This document shows positions 39,488 to 49,839 of a stretch of 64,000 bases of DNA, one piece after another. The position numbers were made by a program, and so were the translations under genes. Position 1 is the stretch's first letter. The number at the start of each line of letters is the position of its first letter. The stretch lies in assembly GCA_964458565.1 (NCBI GenBank), contig CAYWJO010000011.1, forward strand, positions 16,318 to 80,317, in the 5' to 3' direction. The notes under the pieces are model-generated. The model saw nothing but the letters and a program-made list of their open reading frames with translations, was not told the origin of the DNA and ran no database searches. Origin of the DNA: an uncultured archaeon. GTDB lineage: Archaea > Asgardarchaeota > Thorarchaeia > Thorarchaeales > Thorarchaeaceae.

Positions 39488-41287
39488 ATGTCTGAAGAAA
39501 CCGGTAGAATTGAAACTATTGCTGGACCAGTTGTGAAATGCAGTGGATTATATGCAGTGAGAATGTACGAGGTTGTCCGAGTTGGCAACGAAGGCCTAAT
39601 TGGAGAAGTAATTGAGGTCGCGGAGAACGAAGCCACTGTGCAGGTCTACGAAGAAACATCTGGTCTCGCTCCTGGTGAACCCGTGGTAGCCACGAAAGAT
39701 GCCTTATCTGTCGAGCTTGGACCGGGTCTCCTTGGATCTATTTACGATGGAATACAAAGACCACTACCTGAATTAAAGGCACTATCAGGTGACTTCATAA
39801 AACGTGGTCTTACGGTTCAGGGCCTCGACAAGGAAAAGAAATGGGAATTCACTCCATCAGTGAAAGTTGGTGATTCTGTCGTTCCTGGTGATGTCCTAGG
39901 AACTGTTCCTGAAACGGGCATCATAACAAGTAAGATTCTTGTTCCTGTTGGCGTGGAAGGAGAAATAGTGGAGATAGTATCAAAGGGCAAATACACTGTT
40001 ATAGAAACCATTTGCAAGGTCAAGGACATTCATGGCGATGTTCATGATGTGATGATGATGCAGCGAACTGCTGTTCGTATTGGTCGACCCTACAAAGAGC
40101 GCGTTAATCTTGATACACCTCTCATTACGGGACAACGTGTTATTGATACCTTCATGCCTCAAGCTAAAGGCGGCACCGGTGCGATTCCTGGTGGATTTGG
40201 TACGGGTAAGACTGTAATACTGCATCAATTTGCTAAATGGGCTGACGCTCAAGTTGTTGTATACGTTGGCTGTGGGGAAAGGGGTAATGAGATGACCGAA
40301 GCACTTGAAGAATGGCCTCATCTTAATGACCCTCAGAGTGGACGCCCATTGATGGAGCGTACAGTCCTAATTGCTAACACCTCAAATATGCCAGTTGCTG
40401 CACGTGAGGCATCCATCTATGTTGCAGTCACACTTGCAGAATATTTCAGAGATCAGGGATTCGATGTAGCACTCATGGCTGATTCTACATCCCGTTGGGC
40501 TGAGGCTCTGCGAGAGATTTCTGGTCGACTTGGTCAATTACCTTCAGAGGAAGGATATCCTGCGTATCTGGGTTCACGTTTGGCTCAATTCTACGAACGT
40601 GGAGGAAGGATTAAGGCTCTAGGATCGGAGGACCGGATAGGATCTATAACTCTATGTGGTGCTGTTTCGCCTCCTGGTGGTGACTTTTCAGAGCCTGTCA
40701 CACAAGCCACTCTTAGAATCGTGAAGGTCTTCTGGGCACTCGACAAGGACTTGGCAGCGCGTAGATTCTTCCCAGCTATCAACACGTTGACCAGTTATTC
40801 ACTATACCAACAAACATTGGAAAAATGGCATCGTGCAAATCTAGGCGCAGACTGGCCTGAGCTCGTACGGGATGCTATGGCGCTTCTGCAAAAAGACCAA
40901 GAGTTACGTGAGATTGTACAGCTTGTTGGTCCTGATGCTCTCCCTGAATCAGAAAGAGCAACACTTGAAGCCGCTCGGATGATAAAAGAAGACTTCCTCA
41001 CTCAGAGTGCACTTCATGAAATTGATACATACTCTCCAATAAAGAAGACATATCGGATGTTGCGTATCATAATAAACTTCTCACATAAGATGGCTGAAGC
41101 CGTCAAACTGGGTATCAGTGTTCGTAGGATTCTTGAACTCTCTGTGTTAGATAATATTGCACGAATGAAGATTGCTCCTTGGGATACCTATGATAAAACC
41201 ATGGATAAAATTGAGAATAAGATGAATATGGAATTCCAATCGCTCTATCAGGAAGCCACCGATGGGATTGCTCCCAGTATATCATAG
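39488..41287 (+). CDS. atpA: A/V-type ATP synthase subunit A
   Basis: GGFGTGKT, GCGERGNEM and [14 protein letters not shown]; no intein. Confidence 0.97.
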   Translation: MSEETGRIETIAGPVVKCSGLYAVRMYEVVRVGNEGLIGEVIEVAENEATVQVYEETSGLAPGEPVVATKDALSVELGPGLLGSIYDGIQRPLPELKALSGDFIKRGLTVQGLDKEKKWEFTPSVKVGDSVVPGDVLGTVPETGIITSKILVPVGVEGEIVEIVSKGKYTVIETICKVKDIHGDVHDVMMMQRTAVRIGRPYKERVNLDTPLITGQRVIDTFMPQAKGGTGAIPGGFGTGKTVILHQFAKWADAQVVVYVGCGERGNEMTEALEEWPHLNDPQSGRPLMERTVLIANTSNMPVAAREASIYVAVTLAEYFRDQGFDVALMADSTSRWAEALREISGRLGQLPSEEGYPAYLGSRLAQFYERGGRIKALGSEDRIGSITLCGAVSPPGGDFSEPVTQATLRIVKVFWALDKDLAARRFFPAINTLTSYSLYQQTLEKWHRANLGADWPELVRDAMALLQKDQELREIVQLVGPDALPESERATLEAARMIKEDFLTQSALHEIDTYSPIKKTYRMLRIIINFSHKMAEAVKLGISVRRILELSVLDNIARMKIAPWDTYDKTMDKIENKMNMEFQSLYQEATDGIAPSIS

Positions 41288-41341
41288 ACAATACTGAAAA
41301 TCGGGGTAACAGTGGTCTTTATCGCTTAGATTGCTAAAGTA

Positions 41342-41902
41342 ATGTGTGAAATGAATTCCAATAACAAACTCTCTAGGATACATAAAGCGATTGAAGAATG
41401 CAAGTTATGTGATCTTCATAAGACTCGAACTAATGCAGTTCCCGGTGAAGGTCCTGAAACCGCAGAAATGATGTTTATTGGTGAGGCTCCAGGTGCAAAG
41501 GAGGATGAGTTGGGACGTCCATTTGTTGGTCGATCTGGGATTTTGTTGACTGAATTATTCTCGGAGGTCGGAATTGAACGGGATCAAGTCTTCATCACCT
41601 CTATTCTAAAATCACACCCTCCAAATAATCGAAAACCCACATCCGAAGAAATCGAAGCATGTCTTCCTTATCTTCATCATCAAATCGAGGTAATTTCTCC
41701 CAGAGTAATCGTTCTGATGGGTTCCGTGGCCGTCACAGCCCTAATAGGTCCTTGGAAAATGGGGGAGGCTCATGGCAAGTTTCACGAGTCTGCGGATGGA
41801 CGTCTGTTCTTCATTACATACCATCCTGCAGCTGCCCTGCGTTTCACTCGATATCGTGACATTATGCTGGACGATTTACGCAAACTACAGGCAAATCTCT
41901 AG
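41342..41902 (+). CDS. udg: Uracil-DNA glycosylase, family 4-like
   Basis: CKLC, GEAPG, GRPFVG and HPAAAL. Confidence 0.9.
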   Translation: MCEMNSNNKLSRIHKAIEECKLCDLHKTRTNAVPGEGPETAEMMFIGEAPGAKEDELGRPFVGRSGILLTELFSEVGIERDQVFITSILKSHPPNNRKPTSEEIEACLPYLHHQIEVISPRVIVLMGSVAVTALIGPWKMGEAHGKFHESADGRLFFITYHPAAALRFTRYRDIMLDDLRKLQANL

Positions 41903-41941
41903 GAGTGTGGCGGTTAAATTGTATCAGCACGACTTTGTATT

Positions 41942-42460
41942 GTGTACCATATGTCAATCCAGTGTTTGTCAATTGTACCCCTCCAGATACCAATAGAGAG
42001 CAGTTTCCCAGACTGGCTGAATATGATGGATGATATTTTGAATGTCTTCCTTGCATTCACTATTCGTGGTTACCTGATTCTGATACTTCTGGGTCTTATG
42101 ATTTATGTCACCGGACTCGGAGATGGTCTTGCAAAGAGTCTTGTTATTGGCGGGATTGTGATATACTTCATTGGTCCTTTTGTTTTGGACTTTGCAGCAG
42201 GTATTATTGGAGTTGATCCTCCAACCATTGAACACGCAACCTCGTCTTGGCTAGCTATGTTTGGAATGCCTGACGCAGAGATGATTGCATTCATAGTAAC
42301 AATTGGTGACATTGTAATCGCGGTTTGTGTTCTTATTGGTACTATACTATACTTTACTCCTTCCTCTCCTGATTTACGTTCTCGTGGCCAATCCCTTATT
42401 GTGAGAGGATTAATCCTTGCACCAATGCTACTTTTCTTTCATATTGCTCCATGGATTTGA
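41942..42460 (+). CDS. Membrane protein with two pilin-like (TrbC/VirB2-type) helical hairpins
   Basis: Two similar two-TM units; the true start is uncertain. Confidence 0.55.
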   Translation: MYHMSIQCLSIVPLQIPIESSFPDWLNMMDDILNVFLAFTIRGYLILILLGLMIYVTGLGDGLAKSLVIGGIVIYFIGPFVLDFAAGIIGVDPPTIEHATSSWLAMFGMPDAEMIAFIVTIGDIVIAVCVLIGTILYFTPSSPDLRSRGQSLIVRGLILAPMLLFFHIAPWI

Positions 42461-42547
42461 ATCCAAATCTACCAAGGTAAACTCTTAAATTCCGCAATAA
42501 CTTCCAACTCTCCGGCCTAATTGTGGGTTTTCCAAGAGGTTTCTAAA

Positions 42548-43948
42548 ATGACACGTGAATCATCTATTATGTATCGTACAGTTAGTGACGTCAGTGGACC
42601 GATATTGATTATAGAAAATACACACAATGTAGCTTATAATGAAGTTGTGAAAATTCGTGCACCAAATGGAATTCTCTTGACAGGAACGGTTCTAGAAACT
42701 GGACGTGGTCGGGCGGTAGTTCAAGTCTTTGAGGGGACTAGTGGACTCGACACTGATACAACTTCAGTTCGATTCACAGGTGAGACCCTGAAGCTACCGG
42801 TTTCCACTGAAATTCTAGGACGCGTTTTAGATGGATCTGGCAATCCCCTTGATAAGGGTCCACCATTATATGCTGAAGACAGATGGGATATCTATGGCTC
42901 ACCAATAAATCCGTACGCCCGGCAATATCCTCGACAACCAATTCAAACTGGCCTATCTGTTATTGATGGTCTAAATACACTGGTTCGTGGACAGAAACTA
43001 CCAATCTTCTCAGGTTCGGGTCTTCCACATAATCGAATTGCAGCGCAGATTGTAAGACAAGCAAAGATTCCTGGAGAAGAAGTTGATTTTGCCATAGTAT
43101 TTGCTGCAATGGGTATCACAGCAACCGAGGCTCAATATTTTATGAACTCGTTCGAAGAAACTGGAGCCTTAGAACATACAGCGCTATTCCTTAATCTTGC
43201 AAACGACCCTGCGATTGAGAGAATTATTACACCACGTGCCGCACTGACTGCAGCGGAATATCTTGCTTACGAATCCGAGATGCATGTTCTTGTACTACTG
43301 ACTGACATGACAAATTATGCAGAGGCTCTTCGAGAGATAAGTGCAGCACGATCTGAGGTTCCGGGCCGTCGTGGATATCCCGGGTATCTCTATACAGACT
43401 TGAGTATGATATACGAACGTGCAGGGCGAATTAATGGCAGGAACGGCACAATCACTCAGATGCCAATTCTATCCATGCCTCAGGATGATATGACTCATCC
43501 AATTCCCGACTTAACCGGTTATATTACTGAAGGTCAAATGATTGTTGGTCGTAGTCTTCATAGACGAGGTATCTATCCTCCAATCGATCCCGGTCCATCT
43601 CTTAGTCGATTGATGAAAGAAGGGATTGGTGAGGGCATGACACGATTCGATCACCAGGAAATACAGGCGCAGCTCTACTATGGGTATTCTGAAGGCCGTG
43701 ATCTTAGAGATTTGGTCGCAGTTGTAGGTTCAGAAGCTTTGACCGATCGTGATCAGAAGTATCTCAAGTTTGCTGATGATTTTGAACACCACTTCATTAA
43801 CCAAGGCGAATTCGAAGATCGTTCATTTGAGGAAACGCTAGATATCGGCTGGAACCTTCTAAGTGAGTTTCCAGAGCGCGAATTAAAGAGATGCGATCCT
43901 GAAACAATTGGTTGGGCTCGTGACAAAGGAGTTTATTCCCCATCGTAG
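42548..43948 (+). CDS. atpB: A/V-type ATP synthase subunit B
   Basis: [28 protein letters not shown] and [15 protein letters not shown]. Confidence 0.97.
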   Translation: MTRESSIMYRTVSDVSGPILIIENTHNVAYNEVVKIRAPNGILLTGTVLETGRGRAVVQVFEGTSGLDTDTTSVRFTGETLKLPVSTEILGRVLDGSGNPLDKGPPLYAEDRWDIYGSPINPYARQYPRQPIQTGLSVIDGLNTLVRGQKLPIFSGSGLPHNRIAAQIVRQAKIPGEEVDFAIVFAAMGITATEAQYFMNSFEETGALEHTALFLNLANDPAIERIITPRAALTAAEYLAYESEMHVLVLLTDMTNYAEALREISAARSEVPGRRGYPGYLYTDLSMIYERAGRINGRNGTITQMPILSMPQDDMTHPIPDLTGYITEGQMIVGRSLHRRGIYPPIDPGPSLSRLMKEGIGEGMTRFDHQEIQAQLYYGYSEGRDLRDLVAVVGSEALTDRDQKYLKFADDFEHHFINQGEFEDRSFEETLDIGWNLLSEFPERELKRCDPETIGWARDKGVYSPS

Positions 43949-43958
43949 ATATAATGAA

Positions 43959-44678
43959 TCAATCCATTATCGGATTTCTTATTCCTCCCAATGAATAATA
44001 GATGTTGTATAGATGATTTGGGTCAACCCACGATTTGATTTCCTCATACGGATTCTTTCGCGTTAGGGCATAATCTGTCAGGATTCTCAATAGATCTCCT
44101 TTGAATCCTACTACTCCATGAATTTTGTATCCAGCTGCAGAGTATGCTTTAACCATCTCGATGTTCGCTGGGATGTAGATTATATTTTTGGATGAGTTTA
44201 TTCTCTGAAAGCAAATTATTGTTCGATTGAGGTCTGAGGACCACTTAGTTCCAAGTGATCTCATATAGTCCGAACCTATGGCCAGATATATCAAGTCATA
44301 ATCAGTATCACATATTTTTTGAAAATCTACAGGGATATTCAAATCCTTTGAACGTGAAGATATCTCTTCCTTCTTCATTCCAGTGAAACTACAATCATAT
44401 GGAGGGATATATTCATCTTCATGCAAAATTCCAAATCCTGCAGATATGATGAAAAAATCAGCATTAATTTTATTAATCCCCCTCAGATTAGTTATAGCTC
44501 TTTTCAACTCCCTATTTTGATACCCAGTATACATTGATCCAGCTCTATACTGAATATCCAAGAACCGCTTCCTCCACTGTCTTGTCTGCTCGATTGAAGT
44601 CAATTCCCTGCAACTTGGCTGGTTGATATGAGAAATCGCTTTCTTCTTCCCACAACTACTGACAATACATACCCTCAC
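43959..44678 (-). CDS. DUF6884/YaaA-like hypothetical protein, AT-rich
   Basis: IVSSCGKKK...AGSMYTG...IISAGFGIL...IPPYD pattern. Confidence 0.6.
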   Translation of the reverse strand: MRVCIVSSCGKKKAISHINQPSCRELTSIEQTRQWRKRFLDIQYRAGSMYTGYQNRELKRAITNLRGINKINADFFIISAGFGILHEDEYIPPYDCSFTGMKKEEISSRSKDLNIPVDFQKICDTDYDLIYLAIGSDYMRSLGTKWSSDLNRTIICFQRINSSKNIIYIPANIEMVKAYSAAGYKIHGVVGFKGDLLRILTDYALTRKNPYEEIKSWVDPNHLYNIYYSLGGIRNPIMD

Positions 44679-44701
44679 TAAATCACACTCAGAACCGCGG
44701 T

Positions 44702-45577
44702 TTATCGAACTCTAATACGTTTCACCTTCTTCTTGGTCTTCTCTCTAATCCCCTTCTCAGTATTATCATAGTGTATAATAGCAGTAACCATATAGTCATC
44801 TGAGCTGTCTGTTGATGCCAATTCTATATAGATTTCCGAATGCAAGGGCTCAACACTCAACGATGCGGGTAGGAATCCGACTACCACCGTCCGATCTTCT
44901 GGTGTCCACCCATAAGGTGACACACCAACTATATCCAGACCCTCTCCGGTTGAGAGTTTTACTTCCACATTCTGATATGGATGGATGTAATTATTGATTA
45001 TTACCATCTTCAAATTAATGCGTCCATTTTTCCGGACAACAGCTTTAGCACTCATATCGATATCCGGAGGTCTAAACGTTCCTTTCAGACTCTTTCTTCC
45101 TCTTCTAGATGTCTTTCGAACTATAGATTTTCCTTCAGGAAGATGGTCTTTTCCACCATAAGGTCCTTCATTTAACCGATCGGGATTCTCAGCCCACTTA
45201 ATGAGTGTTCTGAAGCCACTTAGTTTGACAACATTCACTCGCCCCTTAGTTGAGGTTTGTTTTTCCTGCTCATTTCTTATGGCCTCTATTACTCCTCCTC
45301 TAATGGCATCTTTGGTAACATTCTCGAACTCAATCATTTCTCTGAAGGTCTGAGTCCAGCCATCAATAAATTCAACAATCTCTCGTGCTGCTGGTAATCT
45401 CTTTTGATTATCAGCAAACCACATTTTCCTTGTCACTTTTGCATAGTGAGGTGGTGCAAATGCAGAACAAGCTCTTTGCCATTCTATCAGATCACAGATT
45501 TTGAGAGCAGGTGCTATTTGAGAAGAAACAATCCTTTTCTGAGATTTATCCAATTCATCTCTCTTTCTTTCAGACAT
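44702..45577 (-). CDS. Hypothetical protein with a beta-rich C-terminal domain
   Basis: 291-aa ORF preceded by a GAGGGGG RBS. Confidence 0.7.
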   Translation of the reverse strand: MSERKRDELDKSQKRIVSSQIAPALKICDLIEWQRACSAFAPPHYAKVTRKMWFADNQKRLPAAREIVEFIDGWTQTFREMIEFENVTKDAIRGGVIEAIRNEQEKQTSTKGRVNVVKLSGFRTLIKWAENPDRLNEGPYGGKDHLPEGKSIVRKTSRRGRKSLKGTFRPPDIDMSAKAVVRKNGRINLKMVIINNYIHPYQNVEVKLSTGEGLDIVGVSPYGWTPEDRTVVVGFLPASLSVEPLHSEIYIELASTDSSDDYMVTAIIHYDNTEKGIREKTKKKVKRIRVR

Positions 45578-45596
45578 AAATACCCCCTCTCAGAGC

Positions 45597-45718
45597 AGAT
45601 AAGGTGCCGCCCCCCTTCAGAAAAACCAAAGGGGGACGAGTATAATGACTATCGTCTTCTAGTACGAACCAGAAGACTTCATGCCCTTCTGATAGAGTGA
45701 ATTAACTCCGCCCTATCT
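45597..45718 (-). ncRNA. Candidate multi-stem structured RNA (sRNA or 5' leader element)
   Basis: Closing stem plus three hairpins, all with G-U pairs on the minus strand; TTATAT about 25-30 nt upstream. Confidence 0.55.
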
Positions 45719-45740
45719 ATAACTAAGTTACTCTCAAATA

Positions 45741-45748
45741 CATATAAG
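45741..45748 (-). promoter_or_regulatory. TATA-box-like element
   Basis: CTTATATG on the minus strand at typical archaeal spacing from the 5' end of the structured RNA candidate. Confidence 0.45.
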
Positions 45749-45785
45749 CACCTTCTTGGTTGTAGGTGACTAACAAACACTTGAT

Positions 45786-46124
45786 CTATTCGTCGATTCC
45801 ATGTTGAAGATAATACCCTGTTTCCTTCTTCGCTCCAAAACTTCTTACACCATTTGATTTCAATTGCTGTTTGATATCTCTTGCCTGACTTGTGTTTATC
45901 TCTCCCTGTTTAACAAGATAATCAACAATCTCAATAGCCTGTGATACTGTATCACATCTCCGAATGTAGTCAATGACGGTGGGAGTATAGGGTTCTTTTT
46001 GGGTTGCTTCGGATTCTTCAGACAATGTACGAACTCCATCAATCTTGTGTCTTAGAGCACCTCCGGATTCCATCTCGTCAGCTAAAGCAGGGAATGCCTC
46101 CTCGAATTTTCGTTCGTCTGACAT
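45786..46124 (-). CDS. DUF2095-family protein
   Basis: FPALADEM, PTVIDYIRRCDT and GVRSFGAKKETGYY. Confidence 0.85.
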   Translation of the reverse strand: MSDERKFEEAFPALADEMESGGALRHKIDGVRTLSEESEATQKEPYTPTVIDYIRRCDTVSQAIEIVDYLVKQGEINTSQARDIKQQLKSNGVRSFGAKKETGYYLQHGIDE

Positions 46125-46234
46125 ATGATTTCACCGAATTTTTGAATTGCACTCTATAATTGATTAACTTAAGTAAATCTCGGAATTTGGACTTATAATC
46201 TTTGACGAGAGGCACTCTTTCATGTAAAAACATG

Positions 46235-47758
46235 CTATGTTATGAAACTCCATGGTAGCTGATTCCGAAGGCGTACTCCATTATGTGCAATATCAAAGAA
46301 TGTAGTTCCTGTTTCCTTTTCCGCCTTCCTCCATCCGCTAAGACCCCCATGTTTTGATGCGACGTGAATCACACGTCCTATCGAACGGTCTCCTAGAGAT
46401 AGTACTGCTTGTATTCTTGCATGCCGTGGGTCTAAAGATTCAAACGTGACTCGTGCAACATTTCTCAGATTAGTCTCAATGGAGGCGAGTTTCATTCTGA
46501 TTTCTTCTAGAGATGGTTGAGGCTCACGTTGAAATCTTGTGTGTGCTTTTGGGATATATGGGTTCACACTAGATGTGATTCGAATATTGAATTTACTTGC
46601 CAACTGTTTGGTTTGATGAGCAATTTCTAGAACATCCTGTTCGGATTCACCTGGAAGTCCTACTATATAGTAAAGCTTGACAGAATACATACCTGCTTCA
46701 GTGGCAATTTTTACAGCATTCTCTATATCTTCATCCAACAGTCCCTTTCCCATTTCCTTTCTCAGAGCGGACGATCCAGTTTCAGGTGCGATTGTAAGTG
46801 TTCTTTGACCGCCTTCGATTAATCGGCTGACTAATGAGGAAGTGACGCTATCCGCTCTCAAGGAAGGGACCGAAAGCCCATATCCTCTGGATACAATGTA
46901 GTCCGCTACATCATCAAGTCTATCCATATCTCCAAGTGAAGAACCTATCAGGGAAACTTTTTTCGTAGGTGTTTCTTTGAAACCTTTTTCAAGAATCTCA
47001 GTTACTGATTCGAGCGATCTTATCCTACGAGGTCTGCATATGTGCCCCACTAGGCAGAATTTACAGGAGTGGCCGCACCCTCGAGTTATTTCAATCAAAA
47101 ATGATTTTCCAAAAACAGGCTCAAGCTCGTCCCCATCCGGAACATCTGGTATAATCTGTCCTGTAGGGTGAAAAAGTGGATTCAGGTCAGGAATTATGAG
47201 TCTCTTGACTGTTACCTGATTCTCACTCGGCACATAGACTCCAGAGATAGCCGCGAGCGATGTAATCGCATGTTGCCTTGATTCACACTCAACTACTATA
47301 TCTAGTATCTCTTGGATTACTTCGTCACCCTCTCCAATCACAAAAGCGTCTATGAAGTCTACGTATGGTTCCGGATTCGCGCTGACAACAGGACCCCCCA
47401 TGATGACAATAGGATCTTCAGTTGTTCTTGATTCTACAAGGACCGGAATATCTCCATCATTCAACATCTGTAAAACATTGAGTATGTCTTCTTCATAAGA
47501 GAGTGAAAAACCTATGATGTGGTTTGATTTCAACGGGCGTCTTGACTCTACGGATTTTGACTGTGAGTATGTTCCATACCTGAAGTATCTCTCACAGGAA
47601 GCATCTTCTCTCCTATTTATCAATGAATAGAATAAATGAGTAGCAAGATTAGTCATTCCTGCACGATAAGTAGAGGGATAGCAATAACCAAAGAGAATCT
47701 TCACATCCAATGCATTCTTGATAATCACATTGAACTCTCTGATACCCTTTGATTTCAA
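46235..47758 (-). CDS. B12-binding-domain radical SAM protein
   Basis: YPSTYRAGM, GEGD, RGCGHSCKFC, SLRAD and APETGS. Confidence 0.88.
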   Translation of the reverse strand: MKSKGIREFNVIIKNALDVKILFGYCYPSTYRAGMTNLATHLFYSLINRREDASCERYFRYGTYSQSKSVESRRPLKSNHIIGFSLSYEEDILNVLQMLNDGDIPVLVESRTTEDPIVIMGGPVVSANPEPYVDFIDAFVIGEGDEVIQEILDIVVECESRQHAITSLAAISGVYVPSENQVTVKRLIIPDLNPLFHPTGQIIPDVPDGDELEPVFGKSFLIEITRGCGHSCKFCLVGHICRPRRIRSLESVTEILEKGFKETPTKKVSLIGSSLGDMDRLDDVADYIVSRGYGLSVPSLRADSVTSSLVSRLIEGGQRTLTIAPETGSSALRKEMGKGLLDEDIENAVKIATEAGMYSVKLYYIVGLPGESEQDVLEIAHQTKQLASKFNIRITSSVNPYIPKAHTRFQREPQPSLEEIRMKLASIETNLRNVARVTFESLDPRHARIQAVLSLGDRSIGRVIHVASKHGGLSGWRKAEKETGTTFFDIAHNGVRLRNQLPWSFIT

Positions 47759-47772
47759 TTACATCCATCCCA

Positions 47773-49056
47773 TCATGCATTCGAATCGATGATAGTCTTG
47801 GGTTGCTTAGCAATCACTAGTTTATGTGGTTGGATATCTCGGTCAACAATCACTCCCACTCCCGTCCTTGCTCCTTGATGTATGACGACACCTGTTGATA
47901 TCGAAGTCCCAATTCCTGTCTTCACATCATCACCAATAATTGTGCCAAGCTTTCTTCTTCCTGAGCTTATGCGTTTCCCTTTTACAGTCACATTCACTGC
48001 TCTGTTATCATGTCGCAGATTGGCGGTGATCGTTCCTGCGCCAAAATTCACTCTATGCCCGATAACAGAATCTCCAACATATGAGAGGTGGCCAATATTT
48101 GTCCCATCCATGATTATACTATTCTTTATCTCCACCGCATTTCCAATCTTTACCTTTCCACAAAGGGCGGTATGTGCTCGGATATAGCAGTTCGGTCCAA
48201 CAACTGAATTTTCACCTATATACACGGGTCCTTCGATGTACGCACCATTCTTGATTACCGCACCACTCTCAACAATGACCTCGCCTTTCAATGTGGCATT
48301 TTTCTCTACTTCCCCCTCAATTCTTCCTCTCATTTCACTCAGAACGTGTCTGTTAGCTTTGAGCATGTCCCATGGTTTTCCAATGTCGACCCACCATGAA
48401 CCTATTACATATGCTCCAACGTTATCGTTCTTCATGACCATCATGACAGAATCAGTAATCTCATACTCGTTTCTCTCTGATAGTTCAGTCTTCTCGATTG
48501 CATCCCATAGGTCCTTACTCACACCGTAGATACCCGCATTTGCTAGATTACTTGAACTCTGTTCCGGAGTTGGTTTTTCAATGAGACCAATAGCTCTCCC
48601 ATCATCAACGTCGAATATTCCATAAGCTGATGGGTTCTCAACTGGGAACGCAGACACTGTAAGATCATAGCCACCTTTTTCGTGATATTTGACAACATCT
48701 CCTATCACCTCTCTTCCAGCCATGACATCTCCATATAGTAGCAATATGGAATCATCACCTGCAAAATCCCTTGCATATCCTGCTGCATGAGCTGTCCCTT
48801 TTCTCTCGGTCTGAGTGATATATTCGATCTTCATGCTTCCCCAATCTTGAGAGTCTATTGCCTTCTTCAGTTCCTCCCCCTGATATCCGTATACAATCAG
48901 AGTCTCTTCTATTCCTGTTTTTCTCAGGGCATCTAACGTGTGAAAGATGAGAGGTTTCCCGCCAATCGGTAGCAGATGCTTTGGTACATTTGCTGATAGC
49001 GGAAGCATTCTAGTTGAGTCGCCCGCGGCGAGAACTGCAGCCTTCTTCATATTCAA
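47773..49056 (-). CDS. glmU: Archaeal bifunctional sugar-1-phosphate nucleotidyltransferase/acetyltransferase (GlmU-type)
   Basis: LAAGDSTRMLPL..PK, hexapeptide repeats, HLSYVGDS and NLRHD. Confidence 0.9.
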   Translation of the reverse strand: MNMKKAAVLAAGDSTRMLPLSANVPKHLLPIGGKPLIFHTLDALRKTGIEETLIVYGYQGEELKKAIDSQDWGSMKIEYITQTERKGTAHAAGYARDFAGDDSILLLYGDVMAGREVIGDVVKYHEKGGYDLTVSAFPVENPSAYGIFDVDDGRAIGLIEKPTPEQSSSNLANAGIYGVSKDLWDAIEKTELSERNEYEITDSVMMVMKNDNVGAYVIGSWWVDIGKPWDMLKANRHVLSEMRGRIEGEVEKNATLKGEVIVESGAVIKNGAYIEGPVYIGENSVVGPNCYIRAHTALCGKVKIGNAVEIKNSIIMDGTNIGHLSYVGDSVIGHRVNFGAGTITANLRHDNRAVNVTVKGKRISSGRRKLGTIIGDDVKTGIGTSISTGVVIHQGARTGVGVIVDRDIQPHKLVIAKQPKTIIDSNA

Positions 49057-49273
49057 TCAACATTGGTTCTGGTACTTCTTACTAATGAACCTGTCCAAGA
49101 GAAAACAGTTGGTCTATAGCCCAACATTGAAATATACAGCCGTGCTAGACTGCGTTACAATAATTTTTACGGCGATACATTAATATACTTCTTTGTAACC
49201 ATAATTAATTGTTGCGTTAAGTAAATCGTACTCGATGAGTACGGTAACAGCAGAGACAATGGTGATTTACAAA

Positions 49274-49519
49274 ATGATGACAGATGCAGAATTGCATGAG
49301 GAACTCAAGAACCTCAAACTCACTAAGAGTCAGAAAATAGTTCTTGACATCCTCCGAAAAGAAGGTAGAAAGGGCGTCACTCCAAAACAGCTCCTCGATA
49401 AGGTGTCTTTCGCACCACGAACTGTTAGATACGCTCTCAGAAAACTACTGAAGAAACAGTTGATTAAACGTGTTCCTTGCCTACAAGATATGAGGCAATT
49501 CATATACATGCCAGCATAA
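49274..49519 (+). CDS. Small basic winged-helix protein, paralog 1
   Basis: LTKSQK...PRTVRYALRKL...PCLQDMRQ. The start at 49274 is supported by a GGTGA RBS and by the paralog. Confidence 0.85.
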   Translation: MMTDAELHEELKNLKLTKSQKIVLDILRKEGRKGVTPKQLLDKVSFAPRTVRYALRKLLKKQLIKRVPCLQDMRQFIYMPA

Positions 49520-49536
49520 ATGAGAGCTGATGGATT

Positions 49537-49782
49537 ATGATGACAGATGCACAGTTGCACGAGGAACTCAAGAGCCTCAAACTCACTAAGAGTCAGAAGG
49601 TAGTTCTTACAATTCTACGAAAAGAAGGAAAAAATGGGATTACACCAAATATCCTACTAGATAGGGTGTCTTTCGCACCACGAACTGTTAGATACGCTCT
49701 CAGAAAATTATTGAAACTTAAGCTAGTCAAACGATTACCTTGCCTTGCGGACATGCGTCAACATATCTACCTTCCAGCTTAG
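49537..49782 (+). CDS. Small basic winged-helix protein, paralog 2
   Basis: Close tandem duplicate of 49274-49519. Confidence 0.85.
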   Translation: MMTDAQLHEELKSLKLTKSQKVVLTILRKEGKNGITPNILLDRVSFAPRTVRYALRKLLKLKLVKRLPCLADMRQHIYLPA

Positions 49783-49839
49783 GAAAAAGGCCGAAGTCCC
49801 TTTGTACCTGGAAGGAGTGATTGTGGTGAGGTTGCAGAT

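Noticed and set aside
39488-41287. Intein in atpA (also checked in cdc48, hef and smc)
   Set aside because: Protein lengths are normal and no intein motifs are visible.
45597-45718. 5S rRNA or SECIS element
   Set aside because: The length fits 5S but its conserved motifs are absent. The AUGA/GA register is off by one for a SECIS, there is no apical AA, and flanking genes have no in-frame UGA.
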